Shown: positions 1 through 10,046 of the stretch, piece by piece | Layout of the letters: each line of letters opens with the position of its first letter | Numbering within the stretch: the stretch's first letter is position 1 | Source of the DNA: Deltaproteobacteria bacterium | GTDB lineage: Bacteria; Myxococcota_A; UBA9160; UBA4427 | Length of the DNA: 64,000 bases | Direction of reading: 5' to 3' | NCBI GenBank assembly: GCA_002691205.1 | Contig: NZHD01000061.1 | Coordinates: forward strand, 31,696 to 95,695 | The notes under the pieces: model-generated | What the model was told of the DNA's origin: nothing | Seen by the model: the letters and a program-made list of their open reading frames with translations, nothing else | Database searches by the model: none | Made by a program: the position numbers and the translations under genes

Positions 1-2
1 CC

Positions 3-1193
3 GAGTCTTCCGGCGGAGAGAACCCGCGACGGAAGCACCGTCCTAAAGGTTCGGACAAACGAGCTCTCGTTGTAGAAGCGTCGGGACTGGCCCGTCCCTA
101 TATGCGCGGAATTATGGTCCATTCACTGATGGCAAGAGGAATCGCCTTCGATGAGGCCTATTCCGCTGCCCAAACTGTGGCGGATCGCTTGAGAAATCGG
201 CCAAGTGTGGATCGACTTGAGCTTGGGGACATGGCGCGAGAAATTCTGGGCTCGAGCTTTGATCAGGGCAAGTCGATTCCGATTCCGATCAACGTGGTCG
301 ATGAGAGAGGGCAGGCGCCCTTTTCAAAGGGGGCTCTTTCTCAAAGTCTGCTTGCGTCGGCGATTGAGCCCGATGATGCCTTTGAAGTGGCTAGGGCGAT
401 TGAAACGGAGCTGATCCGAAGAGGGCTCAGAGAAGTTCAGCAATCGGATTTGCGCCGAATGGCTCATGACGAACTCCTGGCACGCTTTGGGCCTCGAGAG
501 GCGCAGCGCTATCTCGTGTGGCGCCAGTATCAGGAGCCGTCGCAACCGGTCATCATTCTGATCGGAGGGACTGCAGGGGTTGGCAAGACCTCAGTGGCGC
601 TTTCTGTGGCTCAGCGTTTGGATGTACGGAGGGTCCTCTCGACAGATTCCATACGTCACGTGATGCGTATCATGCTTTCAGATGAACTGATGCCGGCCTT
701 GCATCTTTCTTCTTTTGAAGCACACAAAGCGATTTCGATGAGAACAGATTTGGGTGATCCTGTGATTGATGGATTTATGTCTCAGGCGTCCACCGTCACG
801 GTGGGGGCCCGTGCGATCATCGAGCGTGCAATTGAAGAGAATACGAATCTTGTCCTTGATGGCGTTTCTCTTGTGCCTGGGGGGATCGACCTAGATCAAT
901 ATTCGGGTCGTGCGCATATCTTTTTTCTTCTCATGTCTCGGTTGGATGAAGAATCATTCCGTTTGCATTTCGTCCGGCGATCCAAGCTTCAGAAAAGTCG
1001 AGGAGCCGAGAGGTATGTTGCTCAACTCGATGACATTTTGCTGATTCAGGAGCATTTACTGGACTTGGCGGATCATTTCGATGTCCCAATCGTGGACAAC
1101 GAAACCCTTGAAGAGTCGGTCAGGATCGTTATCCGGCATGTCGTTGAGTCCCTTCGGAAGAGCGGAGAAGTCGACACGGCTGCTCTCCTGTGA
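3..1193 (+). CDS. ATP-cone + P-loop kinase, 2-phosphoglycerate-kinase-like (COG2074-type); probably 5' truncated by the window edge
   Basis: The ORF track gives 102..1193, but the frame is open back to nt 3 with no in-frame ATG/GTG/TTG before 102. The residues encoded upstream (VVEASGLARPYMRGIMVHSL) already look like an ATP-cone. There is a second ATP-cone-like repeat (APFSKGALSQSLL) and a Walker A GGTAGVGKTS. Confidence 0.6.
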   Translation, partial: ESSGGENPRRKHRPKGSDKRALVVEASGLARPYMRGIMVHSLMARGIAFDEAYSAAQTVADRLRNRPSVDRLELGDMAREILGSSFDQGKSIPIPINVVDERGQAPFSKGALSQSLLASAIEPDDAFEVARAIETELIRRGLREVQQSDLRRMAHDELLARFGPREAQRYLVWRQYQEPSQPVIILIGGTAGVGKTSVALSVAQRLDVRRVLSTDSIRHVMRIMLSDELMPALHLSSFEAHKAISMRTDLGDPVIDGFMSQASTVTVGARAIIERAIEENTNLVLDGVSLVPGGIDLDQYSGRAHIFFLLMSRLDEESFRLHFVRRSKLQKSRGAERYVAQLDDILLIQEHLLDLADHFDVPIVDNETLEESVRIVIRHVVESLRKSGEVDTAALL

Positions 1194-1281
1194 ATGACTT
1201 CTACTGAACTCGCAGCGTTAAACTCGTATTTGCGCCATGCTGAGTAAAGGGCCAATCTAGGCGGCTATCTATGGAGGCAGT

Positions 1282-2694
1282 ATGTCGAGTTCCCCCCCTG
1301 ATCTTAGAACTCTCGGTGCGTTGCGTGCGGCAGGGTATGTAAGTCGTAGTGTTCGCCAAGAGATTCGTAAAAATCTTCTGACCCATCTGAAGTCAGAGAA
1401 GCCTCTTTTTCCAGGTCTGTTGGGATACGACGAGTCTGTTGTTCCTGCTGTCGAGAATGCGCTTCTTTGTGGGCACGATCTCATTTTTCTGGGCGAGCGA
1501 GGGCAAGGAAAGTCGAGAATGATTCGTTCATTAGTTGATTTACTGGACGAGTGGATGCCGGTGGTGGTGGGCAGTGATATTCCAGACGATCCGATGAATC
1601 CGGTTTCGGCCCATGGTCGTTCAGTAGCGGCTGAGATGGGTGAAGAGATGGAGATTTCTTGGTTGCACCGAGATCTTCGGTACGGCGAAAAGTTAGCGAC
1701 CCCAGACGTTTCGATTGCAGACTTGATTGGAGATGTAGACCCAATCAAAGTAGCTGAGGGTCGATATCTTGGAGACGAACACACGATTCATTTCGGAATG
1801 TTGCCTCGGAGTCATCGCGGAATTTTCTGTATCAACGAGCTCCCGGATCTCACCGAGAAAGTTCAGGTTGGAATGTTTAATATTATGGAAGAGCGCGATG
1901 TGCAGATTAAGGGCTACAACATCCGTCTTCCAATTGACGTGCTTGTGGTGGCGAGCGCGAATCCCGAGGATTACACCAGCCGAGGTCGAATTATTACGCC
2001 TCTAAAAGATCGATATGCAGCACAGATCCGGACTCATTATCCGAAGACTCGCGAACTTGAAATGAATGTCGTTGAACAGGAAGCGGACATTCCCGAGTTG
2101 GACGGAATTCAGCTTTTCATGCCCGAGTATATGAAGGAAATCGTGGGTGAGATTACGTTTGAAGCACGGAGCAGTCCCGATGTGAGTCAGGCTTCCGGAG
2201 TCTCAGTGAGGATGTCCATTTCGAACTATGAGACGTTGGCCGCCAATGCGTTGCGGCGAGCAATAAGACAAGGGGAGCTAGAGGCCGTCCCGCGGATCTC
2301 TGACCTTTCATCTCTTCTGGCTTCAACCTCGGGCAAAATCGAGCTTGAGTATGCGGGCGCTGAGACGGGAGAAAAGGAATTGGTAGACGGCTTGGTGCGG
2401 CGCGCATGTCGTCGCGTCTTTGACGCCCGTTGCGCGATTGAGGACTTTGAAGGTGTTGTGGAGGCGTTCGACAAAGGCTGGCAGGTGGAGGTCTCCAGTG
2501 ATCTGGCTGCGACGGATTATCTTGATGGGCTCAATGAGATCCCAGGTCTTCGGGAGACGGCGCTTTCTCTTGCGGGCGAGGATACGGCGCCTCGGTTGGC
2601 CTCGGCCATTGAATTTATTCTTGAGGGGTTACACCTTTTGAATAAATTGAACAAACATGCCGGGTCATCCAATGCTCGCTATCAGAAGGCGTAA
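1282..2694 (+). CDS. AAA+ ATPase, ChlI/BchI-MoxR-like (vWA-partner type)
   Basis: 470 aa. Walker A GERGQGKS (1492-1515), Walker-B-like GIFCINELPDL, and ASANPEDYTSRGRIITPLKDRY. GGAGG lies 4 nt upstream of ATG 1282. Confidence 0.75.
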   Translation: MSSSPPDLRTLGALRAAGYVSRSVRQEIRKNLLTHLKSEKPLFPGLLGYDESVVPAVENALLCGHDLIFLGERGQGKSRMIRSLVDLLDEWMPVVVGSDIPDDPMNPVSAHGRSVAAEMGEEMEISWLHRDLRYGEKLATPDVSIADLIGDVDPIKVAEGRYLGDEHTIHFGMLPRSHRGIFCINELPDLTEKVQVGMFNIMEERDVQIKGYNIRLPIDVLVVASANPEDYTSRGRIITPLKDRYAAQIRTHYPKTRELEMNVVEQEADIPELDGIQLFMPEYMKEIVGEITFEARSSPDVSQASGVSVRMSISNYETLAANALRRAIRQGELEAVPRISDLSSLLASTSGKIELEYAGAETGEKELVDGLVRRACRRVFDARCAIEDFEGVVEAFDKGWQVEVSSDLAATDYLDGLNEIPGLRETALSLAGEDTAPRLASAIEFILEGLHLLNKLNKHAGSSNARYQKA

Positions 2695-2697
2695 GAG

Positions 2698-4311
2698 GTG
2701 AAAGCCTTTAGATACAGCCGCTGGGATGGATCTCAGGCTGATTTTGAGCTCGATGCCAAGGAAGCTCTCGACGCGCTCTCTGATCTTATGATGGAGGGAC
2801 TCAGTGCACAGGAAGCACTTGAGTGGATGCAGCGCTACGGCTTTCCATTGGCGGGTATGGATATGGCGGTGATGGGGACTGAGGAGATGGTTTCTCAGTT
2901 GCGAGATCAGCTTGAAGAATTGCGACAACGTTACGATTTAGGCGATTCCATGGACGATATCCGGAAACGCTTGGAAAAGATTCTCGACAAGGAGCAGTCA
3001 GCGCTTCAATCCCGTCACGGTCATGAGTCCTTGCGCTTGAATGACTTTTTACAGCGTCGCCATGAAGGGGCCGATTCTGTTTTTGATCGAATTGACCGGT
3101 TTGAAGATCACGTATGGGAAGATCCTGAGGCCGAGGAAGAATTTAGGGAGCTTCAGGCAAAGCAGTCCGAGATTCAGGGCTTGGAGCAGTTTCTTGAGCA
3201 ACAGGGGCATCGTTTTCGAGGGCCTTTGCAGGCGGGTTATGAAACTGCCCAAGAGGTTCGCGAGGAAGTCGAAGCCATTCAGCAGATGATGGAGGACCTT
3301 CAGAGCGGAAATTTCGAATCGATTTCGATTGATCAGTTGCGAGAGCTTTTAGGAGAGCCTGGAGCTCAGTCGTTGATGCTGCTCCAGAAGCTTGAATCCG
3401 AGCTTGAGGGTGCTGGTTTAATGAGGGATGGAGAACTCACTCCACGGGCGATCCGAAAAATTGGTGCCTCCGCTCTATCGGATGTTTACAGCAGCTTGCG
3501 CAAGAGTCTCGCCGGAGAGCATGAAACGCCGGGCTATGGGGTAGGGATTCCTCGGCCGGATGAGACACGGTTGTGGCAATTCGGCGATACGCTGGATCTC
3601 GATATCGTGAAGACTGTGATGAACGCTGTGACTCGGAGTTCAGGAGGCGGGCAATCAAAGTCGGGCGGGGTGTCCCTCGAAGTGGATGACTTTGAAATTC
3701 GTGAGAAGGATTACAGTACGGAGACCACCACGATTTTACTCTTAGATATGAGTTGGTCTATGTCGTGGGAGGATCGTTTCCCTGCTGCTAAGCGGGTGGC
3801 TCTGGCGATGGACCAGCTGATCCGGACGCAGTTTCCACGAGATCACTTTTCGATCGTTGGTTTTTCAACTCAGGCGAGGGAGTTGACCATCAAGGAATTG
3901 CCCGAGGTGTCTTGGGACATGAACGACCCGTTTACAAACTTACAGGAAGGCTTGATGGTGGCCGAGCGCTTAATTGGTCAGCATAGAAGTGCGAATCCGC
4001 AGATCATCGTCATTACCGATGGTCAGCCCACCGCTTACTATCAAGGGGGAAATCTTCGTGTGGAGTGGCCGAACGGAATGGGTGGAATCTCTCCTCACGC
4101 GGTGAATGAAACCCTGAAGCAGGTCAAGCGAGTGACGCGTATGGGAGTGACTATTAATACATTTATGCTGGATGATGCGCCGGAATTGGTGGGATTTGTG
4201 GAGCACATGACGAAAATTAATAAGGGACGTGCGTTTTATACAAGTCCTCATCAGTTGGGTTCCTTTTTAATGGTCGACTATCTGTCTCAACGTCGATTGA
4301 GGCGTCGCTAA
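2698..4311 (+). CDS. von Willebrand factor A (vWA) domain protein with long acidic helical N-terminal region
   Basis: GTG start 3 nt after the AAA+ stop. N-terminus MKAFRYSRWDGSQ. MIDAS motif LLLDMSWSMS (Asp codon 3745-3747), followed later by IIVITDGQPT. Confidence 0.8.
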   Translation: MKAFRYSRWDGSQADFELDAKEALDALSDLMMEGLSAQEALEWMQRYGFPLAGMDMAVMGTEEMVSQLRDQLEELRQRYDLGDSMDDIRKRLEKILDKEQSALQSRHGHESLRLNDFLQRRHEGADSVFDRIDRFEDHVWEDPEAEEEFRELQAKQSEIQGLEQFLEQQGHRFRGPLQAGYETAQEVREEVEAIQQMMEDLQSGNFESISIDQLRELLGEPGAQSLMLLQKLESELEGAGLMRDGELTPRAIRKIGASALSDVYSSLRKSLAGEHETPGYGVGIPRPDETRLWQFGDTLDLDIVKTVMNAVTRSSGGGQSKSGGVSLEVDDFEIREKDYSTETTTILLLDMSWSMSWEDRFPAAKRVALAMDQLIRTQFPRDHFSIVGFSTQARELTIKELPEVSWDMNDPFTNLQEGLMVAERLIGQHRSANPQIIVITDGQPTAYYQGGNLRVEWPNGMGGISPHAVNETLKQVKRVTRMGVTINTFMLDDAPELVGFVEHMTKINKGRAFYTSPHQLGSFLMVDYLSQRRLRRR

Positions 4312-4314
4312 AAC

Positions 4315-5952
4315 ATGTCGGTCCTAAGGCGCGCAGGCCAGAACGTTCGTCGATGGGCGAGAAGAGTCTCTGTGGCGGCGACTTTCAAGGTTCCTATGGG
4401 CAGCTGGGTTGAAGTGGAACTCTCAGGAGCTTGGACTGAGCAGACCCAAGCTTCGGGCAGTTCGTTTGCCTTGGGTCTCACGGACCTCCTTCGTTGTATG
4501 GATGGGATGGGAAAGGATGACCGAGTCCGGGGTCTTCTGATTCGTGTGCGGGGGTCGGGCGGAAGCTTTGCCTCCGCTCAGTCACTGGGGCGAGCGATTC
4601 AAGAACTTCGAGATCGGGGACGTCAGGTCGTTGTGTGGGCTGAAAGCTTGAATGATGCTCAGTATCTCGCGCTTTGTGGCGCTGACCGGATTTGGCTGCC
4701 CGAAAGTGGAACACTTTTTTTGATGGGAGTCAGAACGGAGCGCTTTTTTGTACGCGATCTCCTTGATCGGGTGGGGGCTCGTCCAGAAGTCGTACATGTC
4801 GGAAAGTATAAGAGTGCAGGAGATACTTTTACTCGCGGCTCAATGTCTGAGGAGGAAAGGGAGCAAGTCGAGAGTTGGCAAAACGACGTATTTGAGGATT
4901 TGGTTCATTCTATATCCGAGGGGCGTGATCTTGATGAAACCTCCGTGAAGGCTCGGATTGATCAGGGCCCTTACCCTGCGAAGGCGGCCCTTGCGGCGGG
5001 TTTGATTGATGAACTGGCCTACCTCGATGAGATCCCGGAGCGGCTTGTGGCCGGAATGGTGAGAGATGACCAGCAGTCCGAAGGTGCTCGTCATTTTCAA
5101 TCTGTTCCAGGCCTTGATTATTTTAAGAACCGAGTCTCTGACATGGCTCCAGTTTCGCTGTGGCGTGATTCGCCCCGCATCGCATGTCTGATTGCCGAGG
5201 GCAGCGTACAGCGAGGTTCAGGGCAACGTGGGATCACGAGTGAGGGAACGATTCAGTGGCTAGAGGCGCTTCGAACGGACCCCAGCGTGCGAGGGGTACT
5301 TTTACGAATCGATAGTCCCGGCGGAGACGCTCTGGCTTCAGATCTCATTCACCGTGAGGTTCAGCGTTTGGGCAAAGAGAAGCCCGTTGTCGTGAGTATG
5401 GGTGATGTAGCGGCATCAGGTGGATACTACATGGCGGCCCCTGCTGATTCTATTTTCGCCGAAGTCGGAACCATTACAGGTTCGATTGGTGTTCTTGGAG
5501 TGAAGTTGAATCTTTCCGGTCTGTATGAACGTCTGGGCATTGCGAAGGAAGGGATTCAAAAAGGGGCACGGGCGGGGCTTTTCTCTGATGCCCATGGTTT
5601 ATCCAGCGATGAGCGCGCTGCCCTTCGTCAAGAGATGGATGCTTTTTACGCAACCTTTCTTGAGCGCGTTTCGGATGGACGGAACCTCACTACGGCCGAG
5701 GTTGATTCCATCGCGCAAGGACGTATCTGGAGTGGCCGCCGAGCTCAAGCCGTAGGCTTGGTTGACCGAGTCGGTGGGCCGCTTGAGGCGCTCCGAGACT
5801 TGGCGAAGCGAGCTGGTTTTGAGCAAGACGAGCCCTACGCGGTGGTGATGCTGCCGCCTACCTCCCGTTGGACCGAATGGCTGCGCGGAGCGATGTCTGG
5901 CCAGAATCCCTTTGCGAGGAGCCAGCAGGGAAGGGGGCCCCGAATTCGCTAG
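4315..5952 (+). CDS. sppA: signal peptide peptidase SppA, 67K (two-domain) type
   Basis: ATG 3 nt after the vWA stop. Two SppA/ClpP-fold halves. Lys-region VHVGKYKSAGD and Ser-region SMGDVAASGGYYMA. Confidence 0.85.
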   Translation: MSVLRRAGQNVRRWARRVSVAATFKVPMGSWVEVELSGAWTEQTQASGSSFALGLTDLLRCMDGMGKDDRVRGLLIRVRGSGGSFASAQSLGRAIQELRDRGRQVVVWAESLNDAQYLALCGADRIWLPESGTLFLMGVRTERFFVRDLLDRVGARPEVVHVGKYKSAGDTFTRGSMSEEEREQVESWQNDVFEDLVHSISEGRDLDETSVKARIDQGPYPAKAALAAGLIDELAYLDEIPERLVAGMVRDDQQSEGARHFQSVPGLDYFKNRVSDMAPVSLWRDSPRIACLIAEGSVQRGSGQRGITSEGTIQWLEALRTDPSVRGVLLRIDSPGGDALASDLIHREVQRLGKEKPVVVSMGDVAASGGYYMAAPADSIFAEVGTITGSIGVLGVKLNLSGLYERLGIAKEGIQKGARAGLFSDAHGLSSDERAALRQEMDAFYATFLERVSDGRNLTTAEVDSIAQGRIWSGRRAQAVGLVDRVGGPLEALRDLAKRAGFEQDEPYAVVMLPPTSRWTEWLRGAMSGQNPFARSQQGRGPRIR

Positions 5953-5980
5953 TCTCCGCTGAGCGATTTTGGGAAAGATC

Positions 5981-6646
5981 ATGAGTCGGGCATTAAAATA
6001 CGATATTCCAGGGACCGACTGGAGACGCACTTCGTTAGATCTCGCCGAAAGCGGAGTCGAAGGGCTTTTTCTCGATTCGAAGACGATTTCGAAAAGAATT
6101 GTTCTTGAGGTGGGTTTCGGCCGTGGCGAATTTCTTCTTGAACTCGCCCGCAGTGCCCCCGAGACGGCTTTTGTAGGGGTTGAGGTATCCTACAAGCGAG
6201 TCCTCAAAATGGCCCGTAAGCTCGCATTCGCGGGCATAGAGAATGTACGTCTTCTGGAAGGACGCGGCGAAGTGATCGTGGGCGAATTGATGGGAGATGC
6301 ATGCCTGGCTGAGGTGTGGGTTAATTTTTCTGACCCTTGGCCCAAGGACCGCCATGCCTCTCGAAGATTAATTCGCCCGTCGTTTGTCGCGGAGGTCGTG
6401 CGCTGCTTGACGGAGGGGGGTGTGCTTCATGTCGCTACGGATGATGAAGTGTATGCGGAGCAGATCGACCAGGTCTTGTCAGCCGAACAAAAATTAGTCA
6501 ATGATTTTGAGCCCGATCGTTGGCGTTCAGAGGTACCCGGCCGTATTCAAACGGGTTACCAAGAGGATTGGCTGCGTGACGGTCGATCGATGCATTTTTT
6601 TGATTACCAAAAGCAGATGAAAGCGGATACCGGGGTTGTTTCATGA
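5981..6646 (+). CDS. trmB: tRNA (guanine-N7)-methyltransferase
   Basis: SAM-binding LEVGFGRGEF and the NFSDPWPKDRH motif. ATG 5981 is preferred over the TTG at 5969 used in the ORF track. Confidence 0.85.
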   Translation: MSRALKYDIPGTDWRRTSLDLAESGVEGLFLDSKTISKRIVLEVGFGRGEFLLELARSAPETAFVGVEVSYKRVLKMARKLAFAGIENVRLLEGRGEVIVGELMGDACLAEVWVNFSDPWPKDRHASRRLIRPSFVAEVVRCLTEGGVLHVATDDEVYAEQIDQVLSAEQKLVNDFEPDRWRSEVPGRIQTGYQEDWLRDGRSMHFFDYQKQMKADTGVVS

Positions 6647-7740
6647 AGTCGCTTCGCCCTCATATAAAGGACTATACGCGTGACGCATTGCGGGCTGAGT
6701 TCAAGCGTCGCGGTTTTTCTTCGTATCGTGCAGACCAAGTTCTTTCCTGGGTGTATCGCCATGGGGTTGAAGACTTTTGTGAGATGAAGAATCTGCCGAT
6801 CCCTTTACGAACGCATCTTGAGGAAGAATGGGATATCCGGAGTCTCGTTGAGCGTAAATTGGAGACGTCTATTGATGGAACCCGTAAATTAGTCCTTGAG
6901 ACGCATGATAAAGAAGTCATTGAGGCGGTGCTGATTCCAGAAGAGAGGAGAAATACACTCTGTGTTTCGACCCAGGTTGGGTGCCCGCTGGCCTGTTCGT
7001 TTTGTGCCACGGGTGCACTGGGTTTGACGCGCAATTTGCGGACCGGCGAGATCGTGGATCAAGTGCTTCGTGCCCGTGCCGTTCTTCCCGAAGAGGAAGT
7101 AATTACGAATGTTGTTTTTATGGGGATGGGTGAGCCTCTGCTCAACCTCTCAGCAGTCACTCAATCGGTGAGCCTTTTAACGGATCCGAAAGCCTTGGCC
7201 ATGGCCCCTCGCCGAATAACGGTGTCTACATCTGGATTGGTTCCTCAAATCCGACCGCTTCTTGAGGTGGGTCCCATCAACTTAGCCGTATCCCTACACG
7301 CCACCACCGACGAAGTGCGCGACGAGCTAGTCCCGCTTAACCGACGCTTTCCGATAGACGTTTTGCTGGGCGCGCTTCGCTCAGAGCCCTTGCTGTCCCG
7401 CAAACGTCCTGTTTTTTTTGAGTATACGTTGATGAGAGATGTGAATGACTCGCTTGAAGATGCCGCCCGACTTCCTCGATTATTGAATGGAATTCCTAGC
7501 AAGTTGAATGTTATCCCGATGAACCCTCATCCTGATGCCGTGTACCAACCTCCAGATCGCAAGACGTGTGATGCGTTTGCGCAGGTGATTCATCGAGCCG
7601 GAATGAGGGTAACGCTCAGGCGCAATCGAGGGTCGGACATCGATGCAGCTTGTGGACAATTGGCGGCACGAGAGGTCAGGGGGAAGGCGACGGCCCCTCG
7701 TGCATCGCGGAGCGAAAATTTACCCCCGTCCTCTGTATAG
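6643..7740 (+). CDS. rlmN: 23S rRNA/tRNA (adenine-C2)-methyltransferase, radical SAM
   Basis: CPLACSFCATG radical-SAM cluster, GMGEPLLN, and C-terminal DIDAACGQL. ATGA overlap with the trmB stop. Confidence 0.9.
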   Translation: MKSLRPHIKDYTRDALRAEFKRRGFSSYRADQVLSWVYRHGVEDFCEMKNLPIPLRTHLEEEWDIRSLVERKLETSIDGTRKLVLETHDKEVIEAVLIPEERRNTLCVSTQVGCPLACSFCATGALGLTRNLRTGEIVDQVLRARAVLPEEEVITNVVFMGMGEPLLNLSAVTQSVSLLTDPKALAMAPRRITVSTSGLVPQIRPLLEVGPINLAVSLHATTDEVRDELVPLNRRFPIDVLLGALRSEPLLSRKRPVFFEYTLMRDVNDSLEDAARLPRLLNGIPSKLNVIPMNPHPDAVYQPPDRKTCDAFAQVIHRAGMRVTLRRNRGSDIDAACGQLAAREVRGKATAPRASRSENLPPSSV

Positions 7741-7775
7741 ACCGTTTCCCTGGGACCCAAACCCTTTTGTTCGTC

Positions 7776-9947
7776 TTAAGCATTTCGGTCGAGATTTTTT
7801 CTTCGTACTACGGGTACGCTTACGCTCGAACCCGCTGATGGGGAGGAGAGGTCAAGGTCAGGATTGTATTGCTGAATCAACCAGAGCGGCACTCTGAACT
7901 TTCGGTGCGATAGGACCCACAGCGAATCACCTTTGCGTAAGCGGTGTGTCTCCGTGCCTGTGATTTCCCACTCAGCGAAAAAGGCCTCCTGGATGTCTTC
8001 GTGAAATTCGAGGCGTTTTCGCTCAAAGTCTGCGCGACTGACCGAGCTGAAATCCATCCGGAGGTGTCGATGCACTGTGAGCGGAGCACCGTACGACATC
8101 CCATTCAAGGCTCGCAGCCGGCTGGCGCGAAGATCGAGCCAATCTGCGTAATGTCCCAGCGTTTCGCCCGTTTGAACTTCGATGGTCCCATCTTTTGAGA
8201 CTGAGTAGTCGCTCGGGTCGGCTAACAACGTTCGGTCTGAGTTTACGTCCTTTGATTCATCGAGGGCCATTACGCCGACTTGCACAGAGGGGGGCGGTAT
8301 GTCCTGAGCGGCTGGATTTTCTTTGGGAGTTTCTGTATTGCTTTTTTGAGAAGACTTTGGCTTCTTTTTAGAGCTCGAGGCCACGCTTTGGGTTTCTGGG
8401 CGACTGGGGATACGTAAAACCTGTCCAGCCTGAATGCGGTGACGATTAGAGATGGAGTTGGCGGCCATAATCTGATTTTCGCTGGCTCCGAAACGTCGCG
8501 CAATTTTCTCAAGCGTGTCACCGCTTTGAATTGTGTAGCGACCGTCGGCCGCCAAGGTAATCAGTTCACTTCGGTCCGCATCTGTCGGCAGTCTTAATTT
8601 TTGTCCAGCCCTCACGTGATGACGACTCCGCAAATTATTGATGGATTGGAGTTCTCTGATTTGCACGCCATAACGAGCAGCAATATGAGAGAGTGTTTCG
8701 CCTCGCTGTACGCGATGATAGGTGTCGGGAGTTTGGTAGGCGAAGCGTGACTTTGATGGGAGAGAAGTGACAAAGCCCTTCAAGGGTTGAGAGAGCTCTG
8801 ATTTGGGGAGTTTGAACTTGAAACCGCGGGGGATTCGCTTTTGACCGGCCCAAACAGGTTCGAGGAGAGCCGGGTTATGCGTTCGAATCGTCGCGATTTC
8901 GACCTGTAGGCCTTCGGCGAGCGCCTTTGGCGTGGTGTAGAAGGGAAGCTCATAATAATCGAGTTCGATGCTCTGTTCTTTTTCCAGGGGGCCGAAATAC
9001 GCCTCTGGATCCTTTGCGATCCGTAGGGCCGCAAGGAATTCGGAATAAAAATTCCGAGAAGCAAAGCCAAATGTCCTGCTTTTGTATTGGTGCGTAATGA
9101 CAGCGATGTCCTGAGTGCCGAGTTTGCGTGCGGCTCGTCGCATTCCCGATGCTCCATGGTTGTAAGCGGTGATGGCGAGGGGCCAAGAACCCGTCACCCT
9201 GTAGTTTTGCTCGAGGAGCCGAGCCGCAGCCGTCGTTGATATGTAGGGATCTAGCCTTTCGTCTACGACATGATCCACTCTCATGAAGCGTCGCCCGGTA
9301 GATCGGGTGAATTGCCAGAGACCGGCCGCCCCGATCCGAGAATAAGCATGAGGGGTGTAGGATGATTCTACGTGGGGAATGACAGCGAGTTCAGGCGGAA
9401 GCTGCATCTGTTCTAGCGTTTCACGGACATGACTCGCGTAGGCCCCGGATCGGATTAGTCCGGCTCTGAATCTGTCAGATTGGCCGGTTTGGAATCGTAG
9501 ATTTTGTGCAGCCCGATGCAGGTCGGCACTGCTCACATCAGAAGGGAAGAGAGCAAGGATGCGTTTTTCCTCTGAACTTGCACCTTTGGCTTTGTTTCTT
9601 GCGAGCTTGATGAGCAGCTTTTTGTAGTGACTTTTTCGGCTTTCGCTGAGCCGCTCGCGTTCGCGCGCCGTGGCTCGCTCAGGAAAGATGACCTCTTCAT
9701 AAACGCGTCCAAGGTCTTTTAGATCATGAACTAATCCTGCGTCGCTATCCACCGCCGAGTAGATCCGAGTCCAAAAGTCGATGTTATCTTGAAGGCCTTG
9801 GGGCTCGATGAAGAGGTCGGTTGAAAGACTGGTTTCACCCTGCACTGAGGATGTGTAGGCAAGAACGAACCCGGAAATCAAAAGAATCGCGCTTCGTTTG
9901 AGGAATCGTTCTGACCGTCTATTTGCTTGGGAAGGCTGGGTCTTCAC
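7776..9947 (-). CDS. membrane-bound lytic murein transglycosylase with LysM repeats (MltD-like)
   Basis: N-terminal signal peptide. SLT catalytic region IPHVESSYTPHAYSRIGAAGLWQF. At least three LysM-like repeats (YHRVQRGETLSHIAARYG, YTIQSGDTLEKIARRFG, IEVQTGETLGHYADWL). Confidence 0.85.
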   Translation of the reverse strand: MKTQPSQANRRSERFLKRSAILLISGFVLAYTSSVQGETSLSTDLFIEPQGLQDNIDFWTRIYSAVDSDAGLVHDLKDLGRVYEEVIFPERATARERERLSESRKSHYKKLLIKLARNKAKGASSEEKRILALFPSDVSSADLHRAAQNLRFQTGQSDRFRAGLIRSGAYASHVRETLEQMQLPPELAVIPHVESSYTPHAYSRIGAAGLWQFTRSTGRRFMRVDHVVDERLDPYISTTAAARLLEQNYRVTGSWPLAITAYNHGASGMRRAARKLGTQDIAVITHQYKSRTFGFASRNFYSEFLAALRIAKDPEAYFGPLEKEQSIELDYYELPFYTTPKALAEGLQVEIATIRTHNPALLEPVWAGQKRIPRGFKFKLPKSELSQPLKGFVTSLPSKSRFAYQTPDTYHRVQRGETLSHIAARYGVQIRELQSINNLRSRHHVRAGQKLRLPTDADRSELITLAADGRYTIQSGDTLEKIARRFGASENQIMAANSISNRHRIQAGQVLRIPSRPETQSVASSSKKKPKSSQKSNTETPKENPAAQDIPPPSVQVGVMALDESKDVNSDRTLLADPSDYSVSKDGTIEVQTGETLGHYADWLDLRASRLRALNGMSYGAPLTVHRHLRMDFSSVSRADFERKRLEFHEDIQEAFFAEWEITGTETHRLRKGDSLWVLSHRKFRVPLWLIQQYNPDLDLSSPSAGSSVSVPVVRRKNLDRNA

Positions 9948-10046
9948 TGCCAGATTGATCTCCTGGAGGCCCGTTTTTGGGCAGAGGTAGGCTCGCGCTT
10001 TTCTGACAGGCCGGCTCCACAGTCAAGGGGGTGCGTGTGGTCCTAT

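Noticed and set aside
3-1193. The idea that the 2-phosphoglycerate-kinase-like protein supplies the phospho-acid precursor for CofC (F420 tail)
   Set aside because: It is 28 kb away from the cof operon, sits in a different operon with AAA+/vWA/SppA, and no sequence evidence links the two. The idea is pure speculation.
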